Positions 20,529 to 31,400 of a stretch of DNA of 64,000 nt are shown piece after piece; the stretch's first letter is position 1; each line of letters starts with the position of its first letter. Where the stretch lies: contig JAOZFT010000004.1 of the NCBI GenBank assembly GCA_027492035.1, positions 384,001-448,000 on the forward strand. The letters are read 5' to 3'. The notes beneath the pieces are model-generated. The model was not told the DNA's origin. It made no database searches and saw only the letters and a program-made list of their open reading frames with translations. This DNA is from Thermoproteota archaeon (lineage in GTDB: Archaea > Korarchaeota > JAOZGF01 > JAOZFZ01). Made by a program: the position numbers and the translations under genes.

Positions 20529-21041
20529 TTGTCTTGCATGGGGTTGGTTGTAATGGAGAGAATCTGGGCTCCTTGGAGGGAAAAATATGTTTCGTCGCCT
20601 TCAGATAAATGCATTTTTTGCTCTTACAAGGAAAAAATCCCTGAAGAGAGAGATTTATCCATCCATTATGGAAAATTTTCCTTCATTATCCTAAACAAAT
20701 ATCCATATAATGGTGGCCATCTTTTAATTGCTCCTTATCGGCATATTACAGATTTCTTATCCCTTAGAAAGGAGGAAATAACTGAAATATTCTCTTTAAT
20801 CCGTTTATCAGTTACTGTATTGAATAAAGTAATGAAACCTCAAGGTTATAATTTGGGGGCTAACATTGGGAAAGTGGCTGGTGCAGGTTTTGAGCATTTT
20901 CATTTCCACATTGTACCTCGATGGAAAGGAGACACGAATTTTCTGCCTGTCATTTCCGACACGAAAGTAGTTTCTGTAAACCTTTTTGCTTTAAGGGATA
21001 AATTGAGGAAGGAATTTAACAGGGTATTGAAGAAGGAATGA
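20529..21041 (+). CDS. HIT-family hydrolase (Ap4A phosphorylase-like)
   Basis: IWAPWR, CIFC, LNKYPYN.GH, HFHFHIVPRW.GD. Confidence 0.92.
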   Translation: MSCMGLVVMERIWAPWREKYVSSPSDKCIFCSYKEKIPEERDLSIHYGKFSFIILNKYPYNGGHLLIAPYRHITDFLSLRKEEITEIFSLIRLSVTVLNKVMKPQGYNLGANIGKVAGAGFEHFHFHIVPRWKGDTNFLPVISDTKVVSVNLFALRDKLRKEFNRVLKKE

Positions 21042-21057
21042 AGTGGAAAATTCTTTG

Positions 21058-21462
21058 TCACTTAAGCGGGACATACATCGAACTCTTGGTTGCACCTACC
21101 CCCGGTTTTCCATGTTTCACTATTTTATTGGTGATAGCGAACTCACCTAACCTGTGCCCTATCATCTGCGGCTTAATTTTTACGGGAACAAACTCTTTTC
21201 CGTTATGGATATGGATTGTTAACCCTACAAACTCAGGCAGAATAATCAATCCTCGACAATGTGTTTTTATTGTTTTCTTAGGTATTTTACCTTGAGTTAT
21301 CTTTCTTATTTTTTCATAGAGCTTCCTTTCTTGAAGAGTTAAACCGTTCGATCTGCTTAACTTCCTTCTTGCCCGTGAAGGAAGCAAATCTATAAGGGTG
21401 TCCATAGGCATTTTCTTTAGTTCTTCAAGCGTATATCCCCTATATTTAAACTCTCTAACCAT
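21058..21462 (-). CDS. rps19: 30S ribosomal protein S19 (uS19)
   Basis: [19 protein letters not shown]. Confidence 0.96.
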   Translation of the reverse strand: MVREFKYRGYTLEELKKMPMDTLIDLLPSRARRKLSRSNGLTLQERKLYEKIRKITQGKIPKKTIKTHCRGLIILPEFVGLTIHIHNGKEFVPVKIKPQMIGHRLGEFAITNKIVKHGKPGVGATKSSMYVPLK

Positions 21463-21465
21463 CTC

Positions 21466-22215
21466 TTATCTCTTCCTCCCAGTTCTACGGGCAGCTATAT
21501 GCCCAACCTTTCTCCCTGGAGGGGTTCCTCTTGAAACAGTTGTTGAGGAACCCGGATGTTGATGAGAGCCTCCCCCATGGGGATGGTCAACAGGATTCAT
21601 TGCAACTCCTCTCACTACTGGCCATTTCTTCCTTCTGCTTCTAGCATAATATTTCTTTGTTCCTGCTTTCAAGAAAGGTTTCTCTTTCACTCCTCCCGCA
21701 GCTGCTACCCCAACTGTAGCTAAACAATTTGCATTAAAAGTTTTTTCCTTTCCAGAGGGCAGCTTCACTCTAACCCAGTTTCCATCTTTACTTACAATTA
21801 TTCCACAAGCACCTGCGCTTTTCGCAAATTTTCCCCCGTCAAAAGGTTCCTTTTCTATGTTAAAAACCCTCATTCCTTCAGGAATTTTAGCAAGGGGTAA
21901 AATATTCCCCACTTTAGGCTCTGCTTCATTCCCTATCTTTAATTGCTGCCCTACATAAGCCCCTTTAGGAGGTAAGTAAAGAATTTTTGGGCCAGTTTCT
22001 AATTTCACAATAGCCAAAGGGGCGCTCCTACCTCTTTCATGCCTAAATTCAATTATTTTACCTATTAAAACCTTGCTTTGCCTTAAGTAAGTACGAAATT
22101 GATTGTAGGTTATATCCCCTATTTTAAAATGTTTACAGGATTTATAAATAGGTCCTCCTTTACCTATCCTTTGTGCCCTAATTATTTTTCCCATTTCCTT
22201 CCTCTCTTTAATCAA
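21466..22215 (-). CDS. rpl2: 50S ribosomal protein L2
   Basis: WPVVRGVAMNPVDHPHGGG, PPGRKVGHIAARRTG. Confidence 0.97.
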   Translation of the reverse strand: MIKERKEMGKIIRAQRIGKGGPIYKSCKHFKIGDITYNQFRTYLRQSKVLIGKIIEFRHERGRSAPLAIVKLETGPKILYLPPKGAYVGQQLKIGNEAEPKVGNILPLAKIPEGMRVFNIEKEPFDGGKFAKSAGACGIIVSKDGNWVRVKLPSGKEKTFNANCLATVGVAAAGGVKEKPFLKAGTKKYYARSRRKKWPVVRGVAMNPVDHPHGGGSHQHPGSSTTVSRGTPPGRKVGHIAARRTGRKR

Positions 22216-22237
22216 ACTTCAATAAAAAATAAAATTT

Positions 22238-22501
22238 TTAGTAAATGCCTAGTTTTGAAGCTAAATCTGATGCATTATACTCTTTTTTAAGTTTTATATA
22301 AGCTTTCTTCTTCCCACCTTTAACTATTAAAGTATTAATCTTTTCAATTTTTACTTTAAAATGGTTTTCAAAAAGAGTTTTTAACTGTTTCTTAGTTGTT
22401 TTTCGGTGGACAATGAATGTTAATTTGTTTTCGTTTTCAATCATCTTAATAGTTTTTTCAGAAACCACCGGATAAAGTATCACGTCAAATATTGTTGGCA
22501 C
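22238..22501 (-). CDS. rpl23: 50S ribosomal protein L23
   Basis: PVVSEK..ENENKLTFIV, KKAYIKL. Confidence 0.96.
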   Translation of the reverse strand: MPTIFDVILYPVVSEKTIKMIENENKLTFIVHRKTTKKQLKTLFENHFKVKIEKINTLIVKGGKKKAYIKLKKEYNASDLASKLGIY

Positions 22502-23276
22502 TTCTTTCTCCCTCCCTACTTTTTAACCAATTAATAGCTGATTCAGACCAGACTGTAAGCCTTCCGGGTTTGCCTCCGGGTGCCAATTGTTCGCAGCTTA
22601 AATCCTTAGCTAACGTTACATCTACACCTGGAAGACATCTAGCACCTATCTTTATTCCTAAATCTTTATTAACAACTATCAAAGGACCTTTTGCATGTTT
22701 CCTTCTTCTCCCTCTCATTTTCCCTTTTCCAGCTCTCTCCTTTCGCCATCTTTTCTTACATCTTAAAACATCATCCCATAGCCCCAGTTTCTTAAATATC
22801 TCCCTTACTTCTGAAGTCTCCTTTACTTCCTGTATCTTATCCTCCACAACCAAAGGAAGAGACTTTTTTGGGTCCAGTAGATGTCCCCTCCCTGTTACTA
22901 GTTCTTTGGAGGCTGTTGCAGCTATGGCTGATTTTATGGCTTCCCTCCTTTCTTTTTTATTAATTTTTTCCCTTATCACCTTTTCTGGTTTAGGGGGATG
23001 AGCTCTTCTTCCACCTACGGCTCCAGGCACTTTAGCTGCCCTTGTTGAATTTTTTAACCTAGGTACTCTCGCCATCCCCCTTCCTGTACCTAAAGATTCA
23101 GCTATTCTTCTGTTACCCGCTAACGGGTTTCTTCCTTGGGGTTGTTTCTTTGCAGCTTGATGCGAAATGAAAGCTCTTAAAACAAGATGCTCTTTAATTT
23201 TAGTCTCAAAAACTGCCGGTAGATTTATTTCTTTTATTTTTTCACCCTCTAATGAATAAACATTGGTTTTTCTCAT
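22485..23276 (-). CDS. rpl4: 50S ribosomal protein L4
   Basis: GTGRGMARVPR, GGRRAHPP, LAPGG.PGRLT. Confidence 0.97.
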   Translation of the reverse strand: MRKTNVYSLEGEKIKEINLPAVFETKIKEHLVLRAFISHQAAKKQPQGRNPLAGNRRIAESLGTGRGMARVPRLKNSTRAAKVPGAVGGRRAHPPKPEKVIREKINKKERREAIKSAIAATASKELVTGRGHLLDPKKSLPLVVEDKIQEVKETSEVREIFKKLGLWDDVLRCKKRWRKERAGKGKMRGRRRKHAKGPLIVVNKDLGIKIGARCLPGVDVTLAKDLSCEQLAPGGKPGRLTVWSESAINWLKSREGERSANNI

Positions 23277-23290
23277 TTTTCTTCCCTTCC

Positions 23291-24292
23291 TTAATGCCCA
23301 TGAACTATTTGAGTTAATTGTATGTTCTCCTTCCTACCTCCTCTTATGGCTCCTCTTAAAACAACCAATCTTTTAGGAGGTCCTTGAACAGACCCCTTAA
23401 TTAGTACAAAGTCACTTTTCACTATTCCATAGTGTGGGAACCCTCCACTTGGGGTTATAGGCTGCTCTTCCCCAGAGTCTAAGACATACTCCCCCTCTTT
23501 GCCTATTAATAGAAGTAAATTATTGTATTGGGTTCGTTGATGGAAACCTGTTTGTCCAGGCCTAGGAACTGTCCAAAGCACTCTTGAAGGGTGCCAGGGA
23601 CCAAGTGAACCTACTTCCCTTCTCCTCTTTCCAGCTTTATGGGGAAGTAACTTCACTCCCCATCTCTTTATTACTCCTTGAAACCCTTTACCTTTAGTTA
23701 TGCCTATTACATCGATTTTCTGGTTTGGTTTAAATACTTCACTTATTCCTATTGTTTTCCCGAATTTCTCTTCAACATAGTTTCTTTGATCTTCTATGTT
23801 CCCCCCTCTAATAGGAATTTCAAGTATTTCAGGTTTTTTCTTATGTATTCCAGCTATTCTGGGTAGTGTATGAATAAGTAGCCTCAACTCTGCTTTTTCA
23901 TCTAAATCCTGAAGCAGTTTATCTAATGAATGATTTATCCCCCTCTTTATTGTTAGTTTCCTCTTTAAGTCTTTATTTACTTCAGGTGTCCAACATTCCC
24001 CCTTACACATTAAACCATAAGGAGTTTTTTCATACCTTCTAACTCCAAAAACAGTTACTGGGGGTGTTTCTACAACTGTAGCAGCGGAAACGATTTCCTT
24101 TCCAAAATTCGGGCTATTCTTTGTTTGGTTTACATATAACACGGTTACCATTCCAACCTTGTACCCTGGAAAACCTGGAATCATCATTTCTTGGCTGCAA
24201 TTCCAGCTTCTTATTCTCGGAACTAACCTACTTGCCCTTTTTCTTGGTGCATACCCTAAAGATCCCTTTCTGGGTCTGTGAGTTCTCCCCAT
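23291..24292 (-). CDS. rpl3: 50S ribosomal protein L3
   Basis: PRKGSLGYAPRKRA, GYKVGM, TKGKGFQG. Confidence 0.97.
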   Translation of the reverse strand: MGRTHRPRKGSLGYAPRKRASRLVPRIRSWNCSQEMMIPGFPGYKVGMVTVLYVNQTKNSPNFGKEIVSAATVVETPPVTVFGVRRYEKTPYGLMCKGECWTPEVNKDLKRKLTIKRGINHSLDKLLQDLDEKAELRLLIHTLPRIAGIHKKKPEILEIPIRGGNIEDQRNYVEEKFGKTIGISEVFKPNQKIDVIGITKGKGFQGVIKRWGVKLLPHKAGKRRREVGSLGPWHPSRVLWTVPRPGQTGFHQRTQYNNLLLLIGKEGEYVLDSGEEQPITPSGGFPHYGIVKSDFVLIKGSVQGPPKRLVVLRGAIRGGRKENIQLTQIVHGH

Positions 24293-24310
24293 TTTGTACC
24301 CCCTTCACTT

Positions 24311-24733
24311 TCAAATATCCAATAACACATTGGCAACATATTTCTGGCCTGTTTTTTCCACTTTAAAATTGTGATAAGTTATTGCCTTAACTTCATTCCC
24401 TATTTCATGCTTCTTAAGGTTTACTTTTTCTCCCCTAATAACTCCCTTTAAAAAATATTTCCCTTTCCTTCTTTTTATTTCTATTTGGAAATCCTTAAAA
24501 AAACAGTTAAGGGTTTCAAAGAGATAAATTAACTCATTTAACCAGTTGTAAAGCAAATCCTCTACATTGTCTCCTTCTATTTCAATTTTAGTTTCCGTCT
24601 CGGTACCGACCTTGCTTAGGTTCGTCATAACCCCAAAAAGAGCTTTACCTGAATTAATGAAGAGCTGGGTTAAGTTTTTCCCGTAAGCTCTGAACCCCAC
24701 ATCTGCTGTGTGTCCAAAGTATTCGTAATTCAT
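24311..24733 (-). CDS. Archease (RtcB RNA ligase cofactor)
   Basis: YEYFGHTADV, EVKAITYH, C-terminal LDI. Confidence 0.94.
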   Translation of the reverse strand: MNYEYFGHTADVGFRAYGKNLTQLFINSGKALFGVMTNLSKVGTETETKIEIEGDNVEDLLYNWLNELIYLFETLNCFFKDFQIEIKRRKGKYFLKGVIRGEKVNLKKHEIGNEVKAITYHNFKVEKTGQKYVANVLLDI

Positions 24734-24797
24734 TCCTTCAAATTCACCATGTGAAACCTAGCCTGCAGTTCTCAGGTCATCTGAAAAGGCTAAAAAA

Positions 24798-24917
24798 CGC
24801 CGGGGGTGGGATTTTCCCCACGTGATTATGGATTTGAACCCACGCGGCTCCAAGAGCCACGGGCTTTCATTTTTAGACTCAAGGCCCGCGCCTTAATCCT
24901 GGCTCGGCAACCCCGGC
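24798..24917 (-). tRNA. tRNA-Ser(TGA) with two introns (anticodon loop ~24866-24877, 12 nt; T-loop 59/60 24812-24832, 21 nt)
   Basis: GCCGGGG acceptor, G73, CGGGC/GCCCG anticodon stem, long variable arm. T-loop BHB-like: TTCA-AAT-CCA..TGG-GGAA-AAT. Confidence 0.88.
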
Positions 24918-24921
24918 TTCT

Positions 24922-25230
24922 TCAGGATAGCTCTATTTCGACCTTAACCTCAGCAGGTATTTGTATTCTTATTATTTGCCTTAAAGTTCTTTGTTCAGCG
25001 TCAATATCTATTATTCTTTTATGGATTCTTAATTCCCATTTATCCCAAGTATCTGTGCCTTCTCCACAAGGAGTTTTCCTTGTGACAATCTTCATTTTCT
25101 TTGTTGGTAAAGGAATGGGGCCTCTTATATGGGCCCCTGTTTTTTTAGCTATTTCTTTAATTTTCCTGCAAACCTCATCTAATTTCCTATGGTCTATACT
25201 TGCCAGTTTTATCCTTGCTTTGTTCACCAT
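24922..25230 (-). CDS. rps10: 30S ribosomal protein S10
   Basis: GPIPLPTK, RKTPCGEG..TWDKWELRIHKR. Confidence 0.97.
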   Translation of the reverse strand: MVNKARIKLASIDHRKLDEVCRKIKEIAKKTGAHIRGPIPLPTKKMKIVTRKTPCGEGTDTWDKWELRIHKRIIDIDAEQRTLRQIIRIQIPAEVKVEIELS

Positions 25231-25246
25231 TACTTTTTCTCTCTCC

Positions 25247-26509
25247 TTACTTCTCCTTTGGTACGAAGTCTACAACTACTCCTGCGGCTATGGTTTTACC
25301 CATATCCCTTATTGCAAACCTTCCTAATGCAGGGATGAAACTGTATTTCTCTAAGCATATTGGTTGAACGGGTACAAACTTAACAACAGCTATATCCCCT
25401 GTTTTAAGGTACTTCGGGTTCTCTTCAACCACTGCCCCAGTTTTTGGGTCTAGTTTTTGCATTAATTTATCAAATTTGCATGCTGCATGAGCTGTATGGG
25501 CATGTAAAACTGGAGTGTATCCTTCAGCTATTGCTGTAGGGTGGCTTAAAATAGCTATTCTACCTGTAAACTCACTTACTACTTGAGGAGGAGTATCTAA
25601 GTGCCCTGCTACGTCACCCCTCTTTAGTTTCTTTATTGATACTCCTTTGACGTTGAAGCCTATGTTGTCTCCAGGTTCAGCTTTCTCCAGTCTTTCGTGG
25701 TGCATTTCAATTGATTTCACTTCACCTACTTCATCGATTGGTTTAAAAACTATTTTGTCTCCAGGTTTGAGTATCCCTGACTCAACCCTCCCCACAGGAA
25801 CTACTCCAACTCCTCTAATATTGAAAACATCCTGGACAGGTATCCTGAGAGGCTTATCTGTTGGTTTAGGTGGTAGTTCAAACATGTCCAATGCTTCGAA
25901 AAGAGTTGGTCCATCATACCAAGGGGTTTTGTCACTTTTCTTCAGTAAATTGTCCCCCATCCATCCTGAAGTTGGGATAAAAGGTATCTTTTTAACATCG
26001 AATTTTAACTTTGTAAGCAAGTCTTCAACTTCCTTCTTCACTTCTTCGTATCTTTCCTTGCTGTAATTCACTGTTGAGTCATCCATTTTATTAATTGTCA
26101 CAATTAGCTGTTTCACTCCAAGTATCCACAAGAGATATGCATGTTCTCTTGTTTGAGCCTGTACACCCTCACCTTTCTTGGCAGACACTACTAATATTGC
26201 TCCATCTGCTTGCGACGCCCCTGTTATCATATTTTTTACAAAGTCTCTATGTCCCGGTGCATCTATTACTGTAATATAATACTTCTTTGTTTCTATTTTT
26301 TCATGAAATAAATCAATTGTTAACCCCCTCTCTCTTTCTTCTTTTAACCTATCCATTAACCACGCAAATTTGAACGTTCCTGCTTCTTCAGGTATGTCTC
26401 TGTCACTGAATTTGCCTAATTCATAGAATAACCTTCCAAGTGTGGTGCTTTTTCCGTGATCCACATGCCCTACGAAAATAATATTCAAGTGTGGTTTTTT
26501 AGCTGACAT
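25247..26509 (-). CDS. tuf: Elongation factor 1-alpha
   Basis: GHVDHGKST, ERERGLTI, DAPGHRDF, NKMD, GRFAIRD. Confidence 0.98.
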   Translation of the reverse strand: MSAKKPHLNIIFVGHVDHGKSTTLGRLFYELGKFSDRDIPEEAGTFKFAWLMDRLKEERERGLTIDLFHEKIETKKYYITVIDAPGHRDFVKNMITGASQADGAILVVSAKKGEGVQAQTREHAYLLWILGVKQLIVTINKMDDSTVNYSKERYEEVKKEVEDLLTKLKFDVKKIPFIPTSGWMGDNLLKKSDKTPWYDGPTLFEALDMFELPPKPTDKPLRIPVQDVFNIRGVGVVPVGRVESGILKPGDKIVFKPIDEVGEVKSIEMHHERLEKAEPGDNIGFNVKGVSIKKLKRGDVAGHLDTPPQVVSEFTGRIAILSHPTAIAEGYTPVLHAHTAHAACKFDKLMQKLDPKTGAVVEENPKYLKTGDIAVVKFVPVQPICLEKYSFIPALGRFAIRDMGKTIAAGVVVDFVPKEK

Positions 26510-26684
26510 ATTTCTCCCTCTTTTCCTCCTTTTTATCCTCTATATCTCTCCTCTATTTCTTGACACTTCTAAAGGTTACTTTTTTTCTCTTTTTTATTTT
26601 TTTCTTTTTCTTTTAAAACTTAATGGTTATTTTTGATTTTCTTTTCAGGACTTAAATAATTTTCTTGGAAGCATTTTTCCTTGT

Positions 26685-27254
26685 TTATGCTGCAGAGTAG
26701 GCCCTCCTTTCTATTTCTGCTTTCTTCTTTACAGCTAAACTTCTTGAAGGGTCATTGCGGTATGTAGCTATTAAGACGTCAGCTAATATTTCTTCCATGT
26801 TTTTTATGTTATTAAAGGTTTCTTTTTTTACAGCTTCAACAATAAACCTCAAAGCTAAATCTACTCTTCTTAAGGGGGCTACATCTACAGCTTTGTGGTA
26901 AACAATTCCTCCATACATTATCCCCGTAACTTCTTCCCTTGGTGCAGCATTTTCAACTGCTCTCACGAGTACTTCTATGGGATTTTTTCCTGTTTTCAGG
27001 TGCACTATCTCAAAAGCCTTTCTAACTATATTTATTGCCCTTTGTTTTTTACCTGTCCCTTTTCTTGTCCTCATTAAATTATTTACAAGCCTCTCTACTA
27101 ATGAAACTTTACTTTTACCGAATCTTTTCGAAGCATGCCTCCCTTTACTGTGGGGGATGAAGACAGGTTTTAAACTTATGACATTTTTTAATCCAGGGTC
27201 TTTTATTTCTATTCCTTCAAACCCCCATTTACCGAATAATTTTATTTCTGGCAT
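26685..27254 (-). CDS. rps7: 30S ribosomal protein S7
   Basis: KLFGKW, VERLVN, NAAPREE, VDVAPLRRVD. Start set at MPEIK. Confidence 0.96.
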   Translation of the reverse strand: MPEIKLFGKWGFEGIEIKDPGLKNVISLKPVFIPHSKGRHASKRFGKSKVSLVERLVNNLMRTRKGTGKKQRAINIVRKAFEIVHLKTGKNPIEVLVRAVENAAPREEVTGIMYGGIVYHKAVDVAPLRRVDLALRFIVEAVKKETFNNIKNMEEILADVLIATYRNDPSRSLAVKKKAEIERRAYSAA

Positions 27255-27268
27255 TTTTCTCTTCTCTT

Positions 27269-27706
27269 TTAACGGAGAGGTTTCTCTTTCTTCCCTAGCC
27301 ACAGCGCCTTTAAAGAAACACCATTTACTTGTATAACTCTCCATCTAACAGTTGGAATGTCTCCTAAAGATCTTCCTTTGCTTCCTCCTATCCCCTCTAC
27401 CAATACTTCGTCATGTTCCTCTATAAAGTTTAGACCTCCATCAAGGGGAACATAGGCAGTGATTGTTTTACCATTTTTTATTAATTGGATTTTTACACAT
27501 TTCCTTATGCTTGAATGTGGCTGCTTGGCTTCAAGCGCAACTTTCTCTAGTACTATCCCTCTTGCTTGAGGGGCTCCCTCTAGAGGGTCTGTTTTTTCTT
27601 TAAGCTTCAAAACCCTTCTTTTATAGCGTGTATCTTTCCATCTGAATTTTTTTCTCTTCTTAATTAGTTGCCTTGCCCCAAAAATTCCTCTCGGTGTCAA
27701 GCCCAT
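27269..27706 (-). CDS. rps12: 30S ribosomal protein S12
   Basis: [27 protein letters not shown]. Confidence 0.97.
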   Translation of the reverse strand: MGLTPRGIFGARQLIKKRKKFRWKDTRYKRRVLKLKEKTDPLEGAPQARGIVLEKVALEAKQPHSSIRKCVKIQLIKNGKTITAYVPLDGGLNFIEEHDEVLVEGIGGSKGRSLGDIPTVRWRVIQVNGVSLKALWLGKKEKPLR

Positions 27707-27717
27707 TCTTCATCCCC

Positions 27718-28146
27718 CTATGTTATTCTAACATTTTTTACTCCAAAGTACCTTTTAAGCAGCAGCCTCATTTTCTTTATTTTCCTTCCTTTTTTACCTA
27801 TAGCTATTCCTTTATCTTCGTAGTTCACTTCCACTATTACCGAATTTGACTGGTTCAATTTCCTAATTGCCTTAACTCTTGCGGGGAACAAAATGTTCCT
27901 TATAAATTCCTCTATGTTGTCAGAGTATTCATTTATTTCTATGTTTATGTTCATTACTTTTTTAAGTTTTCTTATGAGCTTTCCCCCTCTTCCCACTATT
28001 TTATATATTTCTCCCTTAGGAACAATCACTATCTCTCTTTGAAACTCGTCATCCCTTATACAATCCATCACATCTACTCCTGTAATGGAGGAAATTAAGC
28101 TGACCTTTTTTATTGTTTCGTTGTTCAAAGAAATTTTCCTATGCAT
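27718..28146 (-). CDS. nusA: Archaeal NusA (KH domains)
   Basis: VGRGG, KGIAIGKKG, and operon position. Confidence 0.93.
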   Translation of the reverse strand: MHRKISLNNETIKKVSLISSITGVDVMDCIRDDEFQREIVIVPKGEIYKIVGRGGKLIRKLKKVMNINIEINEYSDNIEEFIRNILFPARVKAIRKLNQSNSVIVEVNYEDKGIAIGKKGRKIKKMRLLLKRYFGVKNVRIT

Positions 28147-28464
28147 TTACCCTTCTCCTTTTCCTTCATTAATCTTTAAAATTTCAGATAAGCCTGGGTC
28201 GATAACGCCTAAAGTTGAAATTCCATGTTGACGCCCACAATCTCTACCTAACTCTACATTATTTCCTTTATAAGTGTAAACTTTCGTTCCAGTTAATTTT
28301 GAGTAATACTTAACGTCTTCTCTGATTGATTCTGGACAGTTGCTTGCTAAAATGACAAGCTTCAATTTTCCTTTCTTTAAACTCTCTAAAGTTTTTTTTG
28401 CACCTAAAATTATTTTTCCAGTTTCTATTGTTAACCTTAAGTTATCTTTTAACTCTTTTGACAT
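28147..28464 (-). CDS. rpl30e: 50S ribosomal protein L30e
   Basis: TGKIILG, ILASNCP, ELG..CG, IDPG.S. Confidence 0.96.
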   Translation of the reverse strand: MSKELKDNLRLTIETGKIILGAKKTLESLKKGKLKLVILASNCPESIREDVKYYSKLTGTKVYTYKGNNVELGRDCGRQHGISTLGVIDPGLSEILKINEGKGEG

Positions 28465-28477
28465 TTTTTTTCACTCC

Positions 28478-31400
28478 TCAGAAAGCTGCGTATAATTCAA
28501 CAGCCCCTGTGCCAACCTGTATGGGAACACCTGCTATAACTCTCTCTACCACACCAGGTAATTCATCCTCTTCGCCTTTTATAGCCGCCTCTGCCAAGGT
28601 CTTTACGGTTATTTCATAACTTGCTCTTGCTAAGAAGCTCCCCTTCTCTCCGGTAACTCCGTACCTGCCAACTTGTTTAAGGTCCCCTGTAAAGGTTAAA
28701 GTGTCAGCTGCTAGCAAAATATGTCTGATGTTTATTTTTATTCCTTGATTTTCTAAAACTGACTTTATTTCGTTTATGATAGCTGCTCTAGCCGCCTCTA
28801 TCCCAAGTTCGTTGTAGATTTCCAATATGTCATTAGTTGTTGTTCTATTCCTATCTACTCCTTCCATTTTTAAAACAACTTTTAAGTTTGATCCTTCGGT
28901 TTCGATCACATATTCTCCTGCCTTCTCTTTTATTAATGTTTTGGTTATTCCTTTGACACCGTAAACTGTTGTGTCTAAAAGTTTTGTGTAGGCTTCTTTA
29001 AATTTCCTATATGAATCTATTCCTGATTGTACAATTAACGAATTTCTTTCTTCTTTAACTTCTCCTTTCATTTTCTTAGAAATCATACTTTTTACTTTTT
29101 TCAAGTCTATTCCTTTTTGGTTGATTAACTCCTCTTTCAAGGTTAGAACCATTTCTCTACTCAAAGGTTCTATTTCGATTTTCTCTATTATATCCTTTAA
29201 TGTTAAAGATCTTATCTTCTCTGCTATCTTTAAAGCTTTATCTCGACTTTTTCTGTGCTCTTCATCCAAGTAAATAGTCATTGAAGGAGTGCTTGGTTTC
29301 TTTCTCATGTCAAGGACTTCTTTCAGCCTTGGAAAGCCTAATGTTATGTTTTTTTCTGCCACTCCTGCAAAGTGGAAGGTTCTTAGGGTTAGTTGAGTAC
29401 TGGGTTCTCCTATCGATTGGGCAGTTACTACTCCTATGGGTTCGAAGGGATCAACTAAGGCATGTAAGTAACTGTTTTTCACTGTTTTAAGGATTTTGGT
29501 TAATGTTTCTTTATTGATTTTGTGTTTGGTAACAATTTTTAGAGTTTCATTTCTTATTCTTTCCGGTAGATCTTTAAGCTCCTTTTCAACCAGTTTTTGT
29601 TTATTTTTGTTACTCATTCCCTTTTTCACTTTGTTTTCATCGTTTGCAATAGTTTCCTCTAATTCATTGAAAAGTACTGGTTCACCGTGGTAAGTTTTTG
29701 TCACATCCACTCCGTCGTCACCATAGAGGAAAGATATTATTTTTCCTTCTGAATCTCTTACTGTACCGTCATTTTCTATTCTTAAATCTTGGAAAGCATT
29801 CATCAACCTTCTTTGCAGGTATCCACTATCAGCAGTCCTTATCGCTTTGTCAACTAAACTTTCTCTTCCAGCCATGGCATGGAAATACAGTTCCGTAGGT
29901 GTTAATCCTCTTTTGTAGCTTGATTCAACAAAACCTCTGCTTTTTGCTCTCTTTTCGCCTTTTTTGAAGTGTGGAAGAGCTCTTCTGATATATCCTTCAG
30001 AGATACGTCTACCCCTTAACGATTGCTGCCCAACGCTTCCAGCCATTTGCCCTATATTTATAGCGCTTCCTTTAGCTTTTGTGGATGTCATTACAACTAT
30101 TGAGTTATCCACATCTAAACTTTTCGACACCTCCTTACCTATTTTTTCACGGCAATTGGAAAGTATTCCTCCAACTTTAATCTCCAACGTTTCTTCTTTT
30201 GTCCTTCCAGGCAGAGGCTGAAATTCTCCTTTATTGAACAATTCTAGCAATTTCTCTATTTCTCTGTAACCCTCAAGAATTATTTCTTTAACTTTTTCTT
30301 TGATTTCAGGTGGCAAGTCTTCTTCATCAAGTCCTAAAGTGAATCCTCTTCCACTTAAAAACCTTAAAGTAACTTTTGTGTATTTATTTAGGAATTCTCT
30401 AGCTCTTTCTCCTCCATATTTGTTGGCTATCACATCCAGCAGTGTCAATCCACTTTCGACTATCGCCCCTATAGCTGCTGTGTCTATTACACCTGTCAAT
30501 AATTCACCGTTCTTAACAATAACTACAGTATCCTCAATAAATTCTTCCCCTTCCTTTCCGGTTTCAGTTTTCGGGATGTAAACTGAAGCTTTAAGTTTAA
30601 AGTTTAAATCCTTTGGAAGAAGCAAGCTAAAGACTTGTTTACCTGTCCAATATTCTTTAGGCTCTAAAATGGCAGGTTCAGGTATTTCATCATAATCCAC
30701 AAGGGATGAAAGGAGGAGCCCCAGCTCCTTTTTGGAGAGAAGAGTATCCCTCCTTGTTAGTAGGTAAGATCCTGTGATATGATCTAGAATTCCCCCTACT
30801 AATGCCCCTCCGAACCTTGGAGAAATTATGTTTTTTTCAACAAGCATTAATTCTTCTGCTTCCACTCTTGAATCTAAAGTTTGAAGAGCATGGAGGTTCA
30901 TTTCATCTCCGTCGAAGTCTGCGTTGTAAGGTGGACAGACAGCAAGATTAAGTCTGAAAGTTTTATAGGGTAATACTTTAACTCGGTGACCCATCATCGA
31001 TATTCTATGGAGAGAGGGTTGTCTATTGAACAAAACCACGTCTCCATCCATTAAATACCTTCCTATTTTGTAACCTGGGGAAATATTTTCTGCGAAGGCT
31101 GCCAGATCTGAAATAAACCGTAAATCCACCTTCGTCCCATCTGTCCTCTCTACATATTTGGCTCCTGGATGGTTTTTTGGCCCTAAAGCAACTAAAGTTT
31201 TAGCTTCTTCAATATTTAACTCGCTTACTGTCACAGGGATAGTCAATGTTTTAGCTATTTCAAAAGGGACCCCTACTTCATTTATGTCAAGTAGAGGGTC
31301 TGGAGAAATAACTGTTCTAGCGGAAAAGTCCACTCTCTTGGCTGCCAAATTAGATCTGAATCTTCCTTCTTTGCCCTCAAGTCTTTGAGCTATCCCTTTT

